A stretch of 64,000 nt of DNA, taken from assembly GCA_951406725.2 (NCBI GenBank), contig OX597816.1, positions 172,546,001 through 172,610,000 on the forward strand, read 5' to 3'. Of this stretch, positions 1 through 11,929 are shown piece by piece. The notes beneath the pieces were generated by a model. That model did not search any database. It had not been told where the DNA came from and saw only the letters and a list, made by a program, of their open reading frames with translations. A program made the translations under genes and the position numbers. Source of the DNA: Octopus vulgaris. Lineage: Eukaryota. The first letter of the stretch is position 1. Every line of letters starts with the position of its first letter.

Positions 1-921
1 ATGGATTCCACTCTTACATTATCAGAAATGTCATCTAAGATCGCTGGGGGACTCGGTGTATTGTCTAAAAGAAGCACTGTTTTGTTGGAAATATTATGTC
101 TGACATTGTACCTTTCTATTGCAGGACGAAAAAAGTTTGTAGACCACTCTTTGAAAAGGCTCTTAGTCATCCATACCTTCTTTTTAAAACATCAAATCAG
201 AAATAGACTAAACTTTGTGTAACCCTTGAAAGCCCTTGATACGTGTGTGAAGGCTATTGTTTCTTATTACTAGCGGCATCTCCTACCAAAATAAGTATCA
301 GACGGCTTTTGGAAGCTTTAAGTTGATTTTTCTTCTTGAGAAATAAAAGTTCTAGCAGGCATGCACTTCTGGAAAAATGCAGTTTCATCAACATTGTACA
401 CTTGCTCTGGCTTCTAGCCCCATTCAGCAATCATTTTCTTCAACTGTTAAACTGATAATTAGTTGCAGCCTCTGTACCAACGCTCGCAGTTTCACCAGTC
501 ATTTTGATGTAGTGCAAGTTCATGGGCTTCTTAAACTCTTCAAATCAGCCTTTACTGGCCAAAATGGTGTTTTCATGAGAAGTTTCACCTTCCTCTCTTT
601 CTGCAAATCGTCATATAAACTTTTGGCTCATCGTATTTATCGGCACATTATGCTGTTTCTGATCTTTGATCTACAGACACAAGAGTCGTTCCACTGTAAA
701 CATTACATTAGATCTATAACAAAATAAGGCCCGGATTGTTAACAGAATAATTTCTTGAGCACTTGACATAATTTTCTCTCTGTTGTCACGTATTGTTACC
801 GCTGTGGACGTTGTAAGATTCAAATTTTGGGCAATAAAACTTAGTTTTACTTCCACATCAATTTTTTTTATAATATCAGGTTTAATAACCTTTACGGTTC
901 CTTTTCGCATTATTACCTGCA
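1..921 (-). pseudogene. Decayed Tigger/pogo (CENP-B HTH + DDE_1) transposase; runs off the window start
   Basis: Minus-strand translation gives an N-terminal HTH-like segment (IAQNLNLTTSTAVTIRDNREKI), then ASKG*FEEFKK, KPEQVYNVDETAFFQKCMPARTF and VLLLDNTPSPP. These match Tigger motifs; stops and frameshifts are present. Confidence 0.85.
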
Positions 922-1231
922 TGACTACTTCATAGCTTCTTTGTAGACATCTTACGTTGAAGGCAAATGCAACAAATGTGTAATAACAACAATTAGCCCA
1001 GGAAAGATCTGACGTGTGAGAGCGGAAAATTGTCTTATTTCTTTGGATGTAATAACGAAATTGAGATGAAAAGAGGAAAAAAGGAAAAGGTGAGAAAATG
1101 TGATGAGAAGGTGAGAAAGGGGCAAGATTTCTGCCCGTCCCCACCAAAAAAAACCCCACCCTTTTTTAAAACTTTTTTTTTTTGACACAAACGCCCCCTT
1201 TCGGCAACGGGGAATACGAATCTGCAAAAAA

Positions 1232-1582
1232 AAATTAGCAAAAATCGACATTTCTAAATTACCACCCCCAACCCCATTTCCTTCATTATAAACTTTTTTC
1301 AGAATATTTTTTTCTCAAAATATGCGGGAAAATACAGATGTCAGGATTCGGACAAAAATTTCAAAACATTTCTGTACTTACGATTATGGTTTTAGAGTTA
1401 GGGTTAGGATTAGGGTTTTAGGGTTAAGGATATGGTTTTAAGGTTAGGGCTAGGGTTTTAGGGTTAGGGTTAGGGTTAGGGTTTTAGGGTTAGGGTTTTT
1501 GGGTTACTGTTACGGAAAAAAGTAAAAATTGAAGAAGTTGGGGGAAGGGGGAAATTTTCACAATGCCGATTTTTGGCAATTT
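1232..1582. mobile_element. MITE-like element with imperfect TIRs and internal telomere-like repeats
   Basis: aaattagcaaaaatcgacatt (1232-1252) matches the reverse complement of 1562-1582 at 18/21; weaker similarity continues ~35 bp inward. No TSD seen. Confidence 0.5.
1388..1506 (+). repeat. Interstitial telomere-like repeat (TTAGGG/TTTTAGGG variants)
   Basis: Read directly: ttagggttagggttagggttttaggg... Confidence 0.9.
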
Positions 1583-2186
1583 TCCGGAACCTCCATATCC
1601 GAAAACGGGGATTTTTGGCAAAAAATTTTTTAAATAAGCAAATTTGGGAGAAAATGGTGGTGGTGGTGGGGGGCGGCCGGAAGGCTTTCCGAGAAAGGAA
1701 AATGTGAGAAAGGAAGAGAAAGTACTACAAGATTACAGCTAGCAGAAGGGTCACCAGATTTTGTAGGCAGTTCGCTCCTTGCACTTAAGAGATAAATATT
1801 TACACACGCACTCACACACCAACACTCACACACACACACACACACTCATACGCACCAACATTCACATAAAAACACTCATACACACACAAACACAAATACA
1901 TACACACGCACGCACACATACACACACACACACACACACACGCACGCATATTGGCGTACTTATTGATGTCTCTTGTAGTAAGTTGGATTCAAGAGTTGTT
2001 GAGTTGATAGTGGTGAGATGTAGATTGCATTGGCTTCGATGTTGGTGATGATGGGCGCATATTGCTTCTGCTGTGATATTTATTATTGTTCTTGCTAAGT
2101 GTATTTTTGTGGCTGTTTAGTCTCAAGTCAATCCTCAGAGAGCTAAAGTCAAAGATACTCTCATTTAACGTTTAAAATACACGAAG

Positions 2187-2423
2187 ATACCTATTTCTTT
2201 ACTACCCACAAGGGGCTAAACACAGAGGGGACAAACAAGGACAGACAAACGGATTAAGTCGATTATATCGACCCCAGTGCGTAACTGGTACTTAATTTAT
2301 CGACTCCGGAAGGATGAAAGGCAAAGTCGACCTCGGCCGTATTTGAACTCAGAACGTAAACGACAGACAAAATACCTCTAGACATTTCGCCCGGCGTGCT
2401 ATCGTTTCTGCCAGCTCGCCGCC
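2187..2423 (-). mobile_element. tRNA-derived SINE family A (~240 bp)
   Basis: Reverse complement starts GGCGGCGAGCTGGCAGAA (A-box-like), has B-box-like GAGTTCAAAT and core GCCTTTCATCCTT, and ends ...CCCCTTGTGGGTAGTAAAGAAATAGGTA. More than 10 copies or fragments in the window. Confidence 0.9.
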
Positions 2424-2437
2424 TTTTTTCTGATTTT

Positions 2438-2971
2438 TTGCTGATTTCGTGTCCAGACAGGTTGTTTGTAGTAAACTCGTTGCATGGTAAATTTAAGTTT
2501 CATTTGAAAATCACTACGATCTTGTATAAACGACTCCTTCAGTTAATTCATCTGAAGATTAACCAGGTATTTAACAAGGCTGATAGTTGTGGCTTCAAAG
2601 TTGGAGATAGTATTCGTCGTATTTTCGATAATATTCATTGTATTTCGATAGTCTCCCACACCAAATACACGACTTCTATGTATGTATACATGTATGTGTG
2701 TATGTAAGTATGTATGTATGTATGTACGTACGTATGTATGTATTTATGTATGTACGTACGTATGTATGTATGCATGTATGAATGTATGTATTTATGTATG
2801 TTTGTATGTATGTATGTATGTATGTGTGTATGTATGTATTTATGTATGTATGTATATATGTATGTATGTATGTATGTATGCATGTATGCATGTATGAATG
2901 TATGTATGTATGTATGTTTGTATGTATGTATGTATGTATGTATGTGTGTATGTATGTATTATGTATGTATG

Positions 2972-3005
<34 letters not shown>

Positions 3006-3445
3006 TGTATGTATGTATGTATGTATGTATGTATGTGTGTATGTATGTATTTATGTATGTATGTATGTAAATATGTATGCATGTATGTATGTGTGTATGT
3101 ATGTATTTATGTATGTGTGCAGATTTCTAATGCTTTGTTGAGCTGTTGTTTTCTTTCTCTTCTTCGGTTGTTGCTGATTTCGTGTCCAGACAGGTTGTTT
3201 GTAGTAAACTCGTTGCATGGTAAATTTAAGTTTCAGTTGAAAATCACTACGATATTGTATAAACGACTCCTTCAGTTAATTCATCTGAAGATTAACCAGG
3301 TATTTAACAAGGCTGATAGTTGTGGCTTCAAAGTTGGAGATAGTATTCGTCGTATTTTCGATAATATTCATTGTATTTCGATAGTCTCCCACACCAAATA
3401 CACGACTTCTATGTATGTATACATGTATGTGTGTATGTAAGTATG
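2438..3445 (+). repeat. Direct duplication of ~275 bp (2438-2712 and 3171-3445) separated by (TATG)n
   Basis: Near-identical sequence; ORFs 2396..2707 and 2898..3440 share the peptide LLISCPDRLFVVNSLHGKFKF. Confidence 0.95.
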
Positions 3446-3532
3446 TATGTATGTATGTATGTATGTATGTATGTATGTATGTATGTATGCATGTATGTAT
3501 CTTTCTCTCTCTCTTTCTCTCTCTCTTTCTCC

Positions 3533-3570
<38 letters not shown>

Positions 3571-3578
3571 GCTTACAT

Positions 3579-3616
<38 letters not shown>

Positions 3617-3761
3617 ATAAATTAGAGAAGAACCGCCATGTAGCAATTCAACAATGATATATTTAAATCATACTATATAGAAAAATTAAAGATACGATAA
3701 AATATTTATCTAGAACTAAATAAAGTACGAAATAATAAATAAATAGTATATAATTAGTAAA

Positions 3762-3846
3762 TAGACTACACGTGTTTCGTGGCTATATTTTCAAATTGAT
3801 AACAGTAAAATCGATTCAATTTAAATTTACTCAATCATCAGGTCCA
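3762..3846 (-). ncRNA. Type I hammerhead ribozyme motif in an AT-rich Penelope-like remnant
   Basis: Minus strand: tggac-CTGATGA-long AT-rich stem II region-GAA-ACACGTGT(palindromic stem III)-A-gtcta. Stem I tggac/gtcta; predicted cleavage after GUA. Confidence 0.6.
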
Positions 3847-4399
3847 AGATAAAAACAATAAAATAATTAAATAAATGTGTGTATATTATCTTATAAGAAA
3901 ATATAAATATATATATAAAAATACTTAAGATTTCAATAAAAAATCGATCAAAATTCAACAATATATCTTAAACAAAAACACAAAATATATCAAATATATT
4001 CTGTTAGCTAAATCTTTAAACTTAATACGTAGGACTTAGTGTTTATAATAAATGTATCTCGTTAAAAACGTGGTGTAAATAAAACTATAATAAATAGATA
4101 GAAATATTTATTTTATCTATGAAAATATATTTTAGCTTATAGACGAAAAAATAATAAACTATAGTATATCATTACTGGAAAATTAAAATACAAGTAATTA
4201 AAGCAAAATATTTAAAACAAAATATATATATGAAATACATAATATACATTAAGTGAAGCTAAAATACTATAATTTAATCTGTATCCATTAATTAATTAAT
4301 TTATTTATTTAATAAACATCTTAGTTAAATCTTATTCTAATTATGTAATATATACTAAAAAAATTTCATGCTAACTTATATACATAATACTACTACAAA

Positions 4400-4572
4400 C
4401 TTGACAACCGATGCTGGTGTGTTTACGTCCCCGTAACTTAGCGGTTCGACAAAAGACCGATAGAATAAGTACTAGGCTTACAAAGAATAAGTCCTGGGGT
4501 CGATTTCCTCGAATAAAGGCAGTGCTCCAGCATGGACGCAGTCAAATGACTGAAACAAATAAAAGTAAAAGA
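4400..4572 (+). mobile_element. SINE family C, 3' portion
   Basis: cttgacaaccgatgctggtgtgtttacgtcccc...gtcaaatgactgaaaca matches the copy at 8502-8937. Confidence 0.85.
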
Positions 4573-5162
4573 GAGCTATAATTACAATGCAGGGTACACG
4601 AGGCGCATGCGTTTCTTGTGCTTTGTATTTATTGTAATTATAGTTACTTATAATATTAGATTTTATATATATGTAGTGGTTCATGCAGGTAGGGCGTAGA
4701 CTCGATCCTCAGTCGCGAAATTTGACTTAACAGTACTACGGACTTTTCCCATAGCGAAATATGAAGTTGACAAGAGTGACATTCAACAGATGTCTTCCCT
4801 AAGCCGATTTATAACTTTGTTACTTGACCTGTTTTTGTATGTGGTGGAGAGTTAAATTTACAGAACAGTAGACCTCGTAAAATACCCATTGTTCGGATAA
4901 CGGTATGTCTCTCTTTCTCACGATCTTGCGATAATTATATATACAGAAGATTCCCAAGCATACGTTAGTGAGAACCTAGTTGGCAAAAAGATGACAGAGT
5001 GGCGACCACATGCAAAATCCAGTTAGTGAGATAATTCAACTGAGAGAAGTCTTACAGTGAGAATGTCAACTATGATACAGTGTCTTATCACAACACCACT
5101 GCTGTTTGAATGTCCGGCACCATGAAGGTAGCATTTTATCGACTCCCTACATTTAACATTGA

Positions 5163-6255
5163 AGTGCAGAACAATAAAATTTTTATTTAAACTATTGCAG
5201 CTAAGGATAAAATTTGAATATTAAAAATTATTTGATCTTAGTTTACAAAGTAACATTATAATTAAAAAGGGTACCATCCTTTTGTTAAAATATTGACACA
5301 CTAGAATAATTAAAAAATGCAAGCCAGAAGTAACAATATAGCTAAAGTGTTATTCAAAGTAGAATAGTATATATGATAAGCAAATTCATTATGTAAAAAA
5401 TAGGCATTGGGTCAAGACTAAAAATGTGTAGACTTGGCAATAACTTAGGCAATAACTCAAGCAAATTTTACTGTGACTTTATTGTTATAGGTTTATTTTA
5501 CTGTAATATATAACTAATTTTTGTATTATTCTATTTATTGTACTAACTAATGATGTACTACTATTATTTTTTATAACCGATTTTCAAATTTCTAATTATT
5601 AATCTCTCTATATATAAAGCTGAAGTTATCTGTGTATGGCAGGTTTAGTAGCCTTCAACTAACTCTATCTCCTCCGAGACCCTGTGGCGCAAGTTGACCA
5701 AAATTGAGAGTAATATAGAAGAACGCTTGCTCTTCATTCCAAAAATTATTTACATCAAAAAGGTGCTTTTTTTCTATGAAAATCCCTATCTTTTACGGTT
5801 TTTTTTACTGCTGTGTCGCCATTTTTCGGTGTATTTCAACCAGAAAAATGTTCACTTAAAGAGAATAAAAAGCTACATAATGCAAAATTTTTACTTTTTA
5901 AAAATTTAAATTCTAAAGGGTCGAAACAAATCCGAGCAACGCCGGGCGATACTGCTAGTTCATAATTAAAGGAATTAATCTTTTAAAGTGAAAAAAAATA
6001 TTTTATTGAGTTATTTTTTTTATTTTAATAGAAGTAACAACTAATAACAAATAGAAGTAATAACTTGTAATAAAATTTTTAGTTTTAATAAAAGCTAATA
6101 TTTTCTAAATCTAAATATTTTATTTGAAATTTTATCCTTAGCTGCAATGATTTAAGTAAAAATTTTATTGTTCTGTACTTTACCAGATGTAATAAGTTGT
6201 CCTGAACTTTTCCAAGTGTAATAACTTGCCCTGTAATTTTCCAGGTTTATAATAT
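5163..6255. mobile_element. AT-rich fold-back/MITE-like element interrupted by a Helitron
   Basis: 5163-5220 (agtgcagaacaataaaattttt...ttgcagctaaggataaaattt) is the inverted match of ~6120-6180. A second, inverted copy lies at 12180-12563. Confidence 0.65.
5603..5958 (+). mobile_element. Non-autonomous Helitron (356 bp)
   Basis: A|TC 5' end (aa|tctctctatatataaag), GC-rich subterminal ccgagcaacgccggg, CTAG|T 3' end, no TSD. Absent from the paralogous copy at 12180-12563. Confidence 0.8.
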
Positions 6256-6312
6256 TAAGAATATTATTTCTCTTGATCGCATTTTTCCATGTAATATCTC
6301 TAATGTAATTTG

Positions 6313-6375
<63 letters not shown>

Positions 6376-6379
<4 letters not shown>

Positions 6380-6523
6380 ATCCAAACAAGAAAACACACA
6401 AAAAACAACAAAAAAAACACAACAACGCGAGGACGTGGAACAAATATAGTATTATTGGACGCTCAGGAAAGAAGGAAAGAAGGAGGGTTTAACGTTTCGA
6501 GCTGAGCTCTTCGTCGGAAACAT
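6376..6523 (-). mobile_element. Penelope-like terminal-repeat fragment next to (TA)n
   Basis: Carries a minimal hammerhead motif at 6487-6521 and abuts a (TA)n tract. The family assignment is inferred from the ribozyme type. Confidence 0.6.
6487..6521 (-). ncRNA. Minimal type I hammerhead ribozyme (U4C core variant)
   Basis: Minus strand: gttt-CCGACGA-a-gagc/tca/gctc-GAA-ACGT-T-aaac. Stems I and II pair perfectly; stem III is the palindrome ACGT. Confidence 0.7.
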
Positions 6524-6587
6524 ATAATGTTTGTGTGTATATATATTATCTATTACATAATGTTTGTGTGTGTGTATGTGTTTGTGG

Positions 6588-6655
<68 letters not shown>

Positions 6656-6685
6656 ATCTATCTCTATCTATCTATAAATCAATCA

Positions 6686-6735
<50 letters not shown>

Positions 6736-6855
6736 ATCTATCAATCTATATATCTGTCCATCCATCCATCCATCCATCCATCCATCCATCCATCCATCCA
6801 TCCATCCATCCATCCATCCATCCATCCATCCATCCATCCATCCATCCATCCATCC

Positions 6856-6934
<79 letters not shown>
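6588..6934 (+). repeat. (TCTA)n/(TCCA)n compound microsatellite
   Basis: Read directly. Confidence 0.95.
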
Positions 6935-7558
6935 GTCACGCCTCCTTCCTTCAAACGGGAAGGAAGAGCTATTTTTATCATACTTGTGGCTATGGCGAAA
7001 TAATGTATCTGGTGAACGCGCCTGAAAGGATTAGAGACAAACACTTTCCTCTCTGGTCAATCTCTCATCAACTTCTTCAAGTATCACTTGAAGAGGAAAG
7101 TGAGAGTAGAGAGGCAAGTTTTGTCTAGTGAATGTTTAAAAAAAAGATGGGTGAATGTAGCAAGGATGGCACGTATGAATGACGAAGCCACCTTGACTAT
7201 GATTCTATGAACCGTAAAAATTAATTCAGAGAGTTGCTTATTTGCAAAAAAAAAGAAATATAACATGTGACTTCATTGACCGAGGTTACCGTGGTCTTTT
7301 CCGTAGGCTTTTCTTTCCACGGGTAAACCTCACCTGTCCTCCCCTTTACACTTCATATTGACATTTCTGTGATAACAATCCCTATTGATCAAATTCCCCC
7401 CCCCCCTTTTTTTTAAAATTTATTTCCCCCCCACTTTTTTTTTTGTCCTCTTTCTTTCTTTCCATTTACGATCCCTTTTGATCGAAAACCAAAAGAAAAG
7501 CTCTACCTTGTAATTTTGTCCTGTCTGTGTGCAGCCGTCTGTGGCTAATAAAGAAACA

Positions 7559-7560
<2 letters not shown>
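6935..7560 (+). mobile_element. 5'-truncated Tx1/L1-clade LINE (ORF2 C-terminus plus 3' UTR) between (TCTA)n tracts
   Basis: Translates as ...[62 protein letters not shown]..., resembling a Tx1 ORF2 end. Pyrimidine-rich UTR, then tail GTGGCTAATAAAGAAA, then (TCTA)n. Confidence 0.75.
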
Positions 7561-7636
<76 letters not shown>

Positions 7637-7880
7637 CCTATCTATCTTATCTATCGTATCTACACATCATCTCTTATTCTTCTGTTAAATTAAAACTTTA
7701 GCTTCTCAAACTTTCGTGACTCGTCTCTCTTTGCATCACAACTACATGACAGAAAAAAGAAACGCTTTTCTACCGCTACTTGCTTTCATTGATACACTTC
7801 TACACAAATATAAAGCTCCTTTCACCTCGCCCTTTTCATTCCATATGCATATATATGTGTGTGTGTGTGCTTGTATGCAT

Positions 7881-8050
7881 ATATGGGGGTACAGAACGTC
7901 ACAAACAGAAAACAACATGAAATACGAGAACAAATGAGTTGAATACGCAAGCAACGAGAAAAACAAATGGAAAACAGGACAAGTAACATAAAGAACGACC
8001 CTTCATCTGTTGTCAGCTGTCTATCTACTCCTCATTTCGAGCTTTGAACG
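7881..8050. mobile_element. Interspersed repeat, probably a Penelope-like terminus; second copy at ~40045-40200
   Basis: Shared gggtacag..cgtcac...aaacaaatggaaaaca...aagtaacataaagaa.gacccttcatc.gttgtcagct. Confidence 0.55.
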
Positions 8051-8221
8051 ACAATATGAGTCTCCGAAGGCAGATGCTCCCATCAGTACCAAAATATAAT
8101 TTGGGATTTATGGAGGGTCAAAGTTGGTAACAAAAACAGGACAGTGGAGACACAAGGAAACCGAACGAAAAGAAACATGGAGGGTATTAGGTATATTTAT
8201 ATATGTATATTTGTGTGTGTT

Positions 8222-8291
<70 letters not shown>

Positions 8292-8501
8292 GTGAGAGAG
8301 AGAGAGAGAACGAGTGAGAGAAAATGAACGATAGAAGGGTATAGAAAGATAGATTGTATAATAAGTTAAGATTGATGGAAAAAGGTAGCTAACTAAGATA
8401 GACAGATGTGGAAGGAAAAGAAAAAAAGATTGATGACTGACGATAGAAATGAGGTGAGGTAAGTAAGAATATGCAGATGTGGCAGAATATGCAAATGCAT
8501 A

Positions 8502-8680
8502 GGCGCAGGAGTGGCTGTGTGGTAAGTAGCTTGCTAACCAACCACATGGTTCCGGGTTCAGTCCCACTGCGTGGCATCTTGGACAAGTGTCTTCTGATAT
8601 AGCCTCGGGCCGACCAATGCCTTGTGAGTGGATTTGGTAGACGGAAACTGAAAGAAGCCTGTGGTATATATCTATATATC

Positions 8681-8744
<64 letters not shown>

Positions 8745-8937
8745 TGTGTCTGTGTTTGTCCCCCTAGCATTGCTTGACAACCGATGCTGGTGTGTTTACG
8801 TCCCCGTCACTTAGCGGTTCGGCAAAAGAGACCGTTAGAATAAGTACTGGGCTTACAAAGAATAAGTCCCGGTGGTGCTCCAGCATGGCTGCAGTCAAAT
8901 GACTGAAACAAGTAAAAAGAGTAAAAAGAGAAAAGAG
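8502..8937 (+). mobile_element. SINE family C, near full length, with an internal (TA)/(TG) microsatellite
   Basis: Head GGCGCAGGAGTGGCTGTGTGGTAAG, B-box-like GGTTCAGTCCC, tail repeats of GTAAAAAGA. Several copies in the window. Confidence 0.9.
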
Positions 8938-9734
8938 TATGTAAGTGTGTATAAGTCTGTGTGTAGGCGCGCGTGTGTGTATATGTGAGTGTCTGTTCAT
9001 GTGATGAACTGTTGGCATTAAGCCAGTAAAACAATTAATTAAATCTAACCAGTTTCTTCTAGAGCTGTAACCACATTCTTTCCTTCTTCGTCCCTCTCTT
9101 CCACTCCCATTCTCTTTCGTTATCAGTTGACTGCTGTTAATGACGGATATGGCAGTCGATGAAGTTGTTGATGCTGGTGGCATGGTAGTATTTGTGGTGG
9201 AATTAATGGTGGTTTTGGTGATGGTGATGATAATGCTGGAACTATCTGTCGTGGCAGAATGTTGGCTGTATTCATGTTGGAAATGTGTGTGATTGTAGTG
9301 ACACTACGATGACAATATTGTTGGTCTTGATGATAATAGAGCTGGTGGTGGCAGTGGTAGTCGTAGGAAGAGATACGTTTGTTCCTGGACTTGTTTGTGA
9401 TATTAATGTGTCTGATGATAATGGTAGTGGTGATGATGGTAGTAATACCAAAGGTAGTAACAGTGATGTTACTAAAATATTATGATGTGTCGGGGATGGA
9501 AATAGTGACGATAATAACGGCAAAGATGGCGTCGAAAGTGTTGATGACGTAATAAGCGTTCCTTCAAAGACATAAAACAAAAGCCATAAAATCTCCCAGA
9601 TTTACGACTTTAAAATGCCGAGACCAAATTACGTATAAAACTGTGTTTACTTGAATGCCTCGCATTTCTCGGTTCAAGTTCTGCTGAGATCAAATTCTAT
9701 TTAGCTGAGCAAGTGACAAATTTATTTCGAGCAA

Positions 9735-9925
9735 CGGTGATCTGGCAGAATCGTTAGCATATCGGGTAAAATGTTTAGCGGCATTTCGTTCGTCTGCACA
9801 TTCTGAGTTCAAATTCTGCTGACGTCGAGATCGATGAAATAAATACTCGTTGAACACTGGAGTTGATGTAATCGACTTATCCCCTCCCCCAAAATTGGCG
9901 GCCTTCTGCCAAAATTTGAAACCAA
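9735..9925 (+). mobile_element. Degenerate older SINE-A-related copy
   Basis: ctggcagaatcgttagca...ttctgagttcaaatt...gatgtaatcgactta. Confidence 0.65.
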
Positions 9926-10441
9926 AATGCTTAGGACAATGCACTCCACTTTTGATTATCCAAAAGATAAAGCTTATGCAAATCGATACATAAAAACTAT
10001 ACGTCTAAACACCCCTCCTTTCTGTATCATCTGTTGAACGATTATCCAGATAATCTCTGTGGATAGGGAAACGGACTTATCCAAGAAATAGAGGAATACA
10101 AAGGTGGTTTCCTGTTAACTTTGTTCGAGTATTGTTTTGGTTTTATTCAAAAGAGTATCTTGCTGGCTACACAGTCACATTCAATGCGCATGCGCTCACA
10201 AAGTAACGCACACACACACACACATGCTCACGCATACACGGACACACTCTTTTTCCCTTTCTCTTTCTTATACACACACACTCACACAATGATAGGAAAA
10301 GCGATGGCTTAACAAAGACAATGGTTTCTAACAGATGAGAAAACCTTCGATTTCAGGTGAGAGAAAATAGGTAATTGCTATAGGCATGCTTATTCTTAAG
10401 GAAATAGCAGTTGCGGCTGGAAGAACTGAAAGGATGAATGA

Positions 10442-10505
<64 letters not shown>

Positions 10506-10885
10506 GAGAGCTGTTCTGTAATATTTATTCCAGATACATTCCGGTAAAACCGCATAAAACTTTTCGTATGCGCGCGCACGTGTTTATTTTTAATGTGGTT
10601 ATTTTCGTGCTTTGATCCAATCGATTTTAATTAAAATAATTGCTAAATAGACACGTTGAATGCCCTTTACCAGTCAGTGCTAATTAATTTTAACTTTGGT
10701 TATGCAAACAGTTTATTAATATTTTGCTTTCTTATATTACTAAGGACGTTTTACTTGCGGTTTCGTGCATACACGTCTGAATGGATTTATTGAGTAATGG
10801 TAGTGTCTTTATAAGAGTTGATTACGTGTTTGTAGAAGATAGGTTTTTATACGTGCTACTACCGCTGCTGATGGTGATAATAGTA

Positions 10886-11267
10886 TAGGAGCACTCCGTC
10901 GGTTACGACGATGAGGGTCCCAGCTGATACGATCAACGGAACAGCTTGTTCGTGGAATTAACGTGCAAGTGGCTGAGCACTCCACAGACACGTGTACCCT
11001 TAACGTAGTTCTCGAGGAGATTCAGTGTGACACAGAGTGTGACAAGGCCGGCCCTTTGAAATACAGGTACAACAGAAACAGGAAGAAAGAGTGAGAGAAA
11101 GTTGTGGTGAAAGAGTACAACAGGGATCACCACCACCCCCTGCAGGAGCCTCGTGAAGCTTTAGGTGTTTTCGCTCAATAAACACTCACAACACCCGGTC
11201 TGGAAATCGAAACCGCGATCCTACGACCGCGAGTCCGCTGCCCTAACCACTGGGCCATTGCGCCTCC
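10886..11267 (-). mobile_element. SINE family B (~385 bp, tRNA-derived head)
   Basis: Reverse complement of the copies at 18111 and 28536. 11-bp TSD tgataatagta at 10875-10885 and 11268-11278. Confidence 0.92.
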
Positions 11268-11847
11268 TGATAATAGTAATAATAGTGGAAAAAGGAAAAA
11301 GGTGAAGAAAATGAAAGTGAGAATAAGCTGAGTTTATGAGAAGAGATTAAAGTATCTTTACGTTGTCTTTAAGGAGAATTTTAATGATAATTCGGCTCTC
11401 GCTGGCTAAATTATTTCTATCTAGTTTGATGTGTGTGTGTGTGTGTGTAACGTTACGATTAAGTTATGTAATAGATCCTTAGTTACTAGTTTATACAATG
11501 AGACAAATGAATTTAGATTTAAGGTCAATTTCTTCTGCGTTGGAAGTTGTTTACATTATGACATGCATACAATGTATTCGGAGCGCAGTTATAAGGTTTG
11601 GGAGAAGAATTAATAAAGTTGATTTAATGAATGAAAATGTAAGAAAGCGAATTTGTACAGAAGGTTTTAATGCTAAAAGACTAGGTGAGAGGTTTGAGCG
11701 TATTCTAGATATACACAGTAATATTTTGAGTAAACGTAAAATGATTTCGAATTCATAGCTTGCAACTAAATTAAAAGATTAGAATGCTAGAGAGATAGAT
11801 AATAAGTATGGTAAACACATCCTAAATTTAATGCTAGAAGTCTGACT

Positions 11848-11929
11848 GGTAACTTGCCCAGGCGGCGTAAGTCGCTGGTTTTAGGCACCAGTCTCTTTGG
11901 AAGCGTGGGTTCGAATCCCACCACTGCTA
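11848..11929 (+). pseudogene. tRNA-Leu(TAG) pseudogene or degenerate tRNA
   Basis: 82 nt; anticodon arm CTGGT-TTTAGGC-ACCAG, long variable arm, T arm GTGGG-TTCGAAT-CCCAC, downstream T run. The acceptor stem has about three mispairs and the D arm is altered. Confidence 0.85.

Noticed and set aside
1388-1506. True telomere or chromosome fusion site
   Set aside because: Short, degenerate, single orientation, and enclosed by MITE-like arms.
11848-11929. Functional tRNA-Leu gene
   Set aside because: Acceptor stem and D arm mispairing; called a pseudogene.
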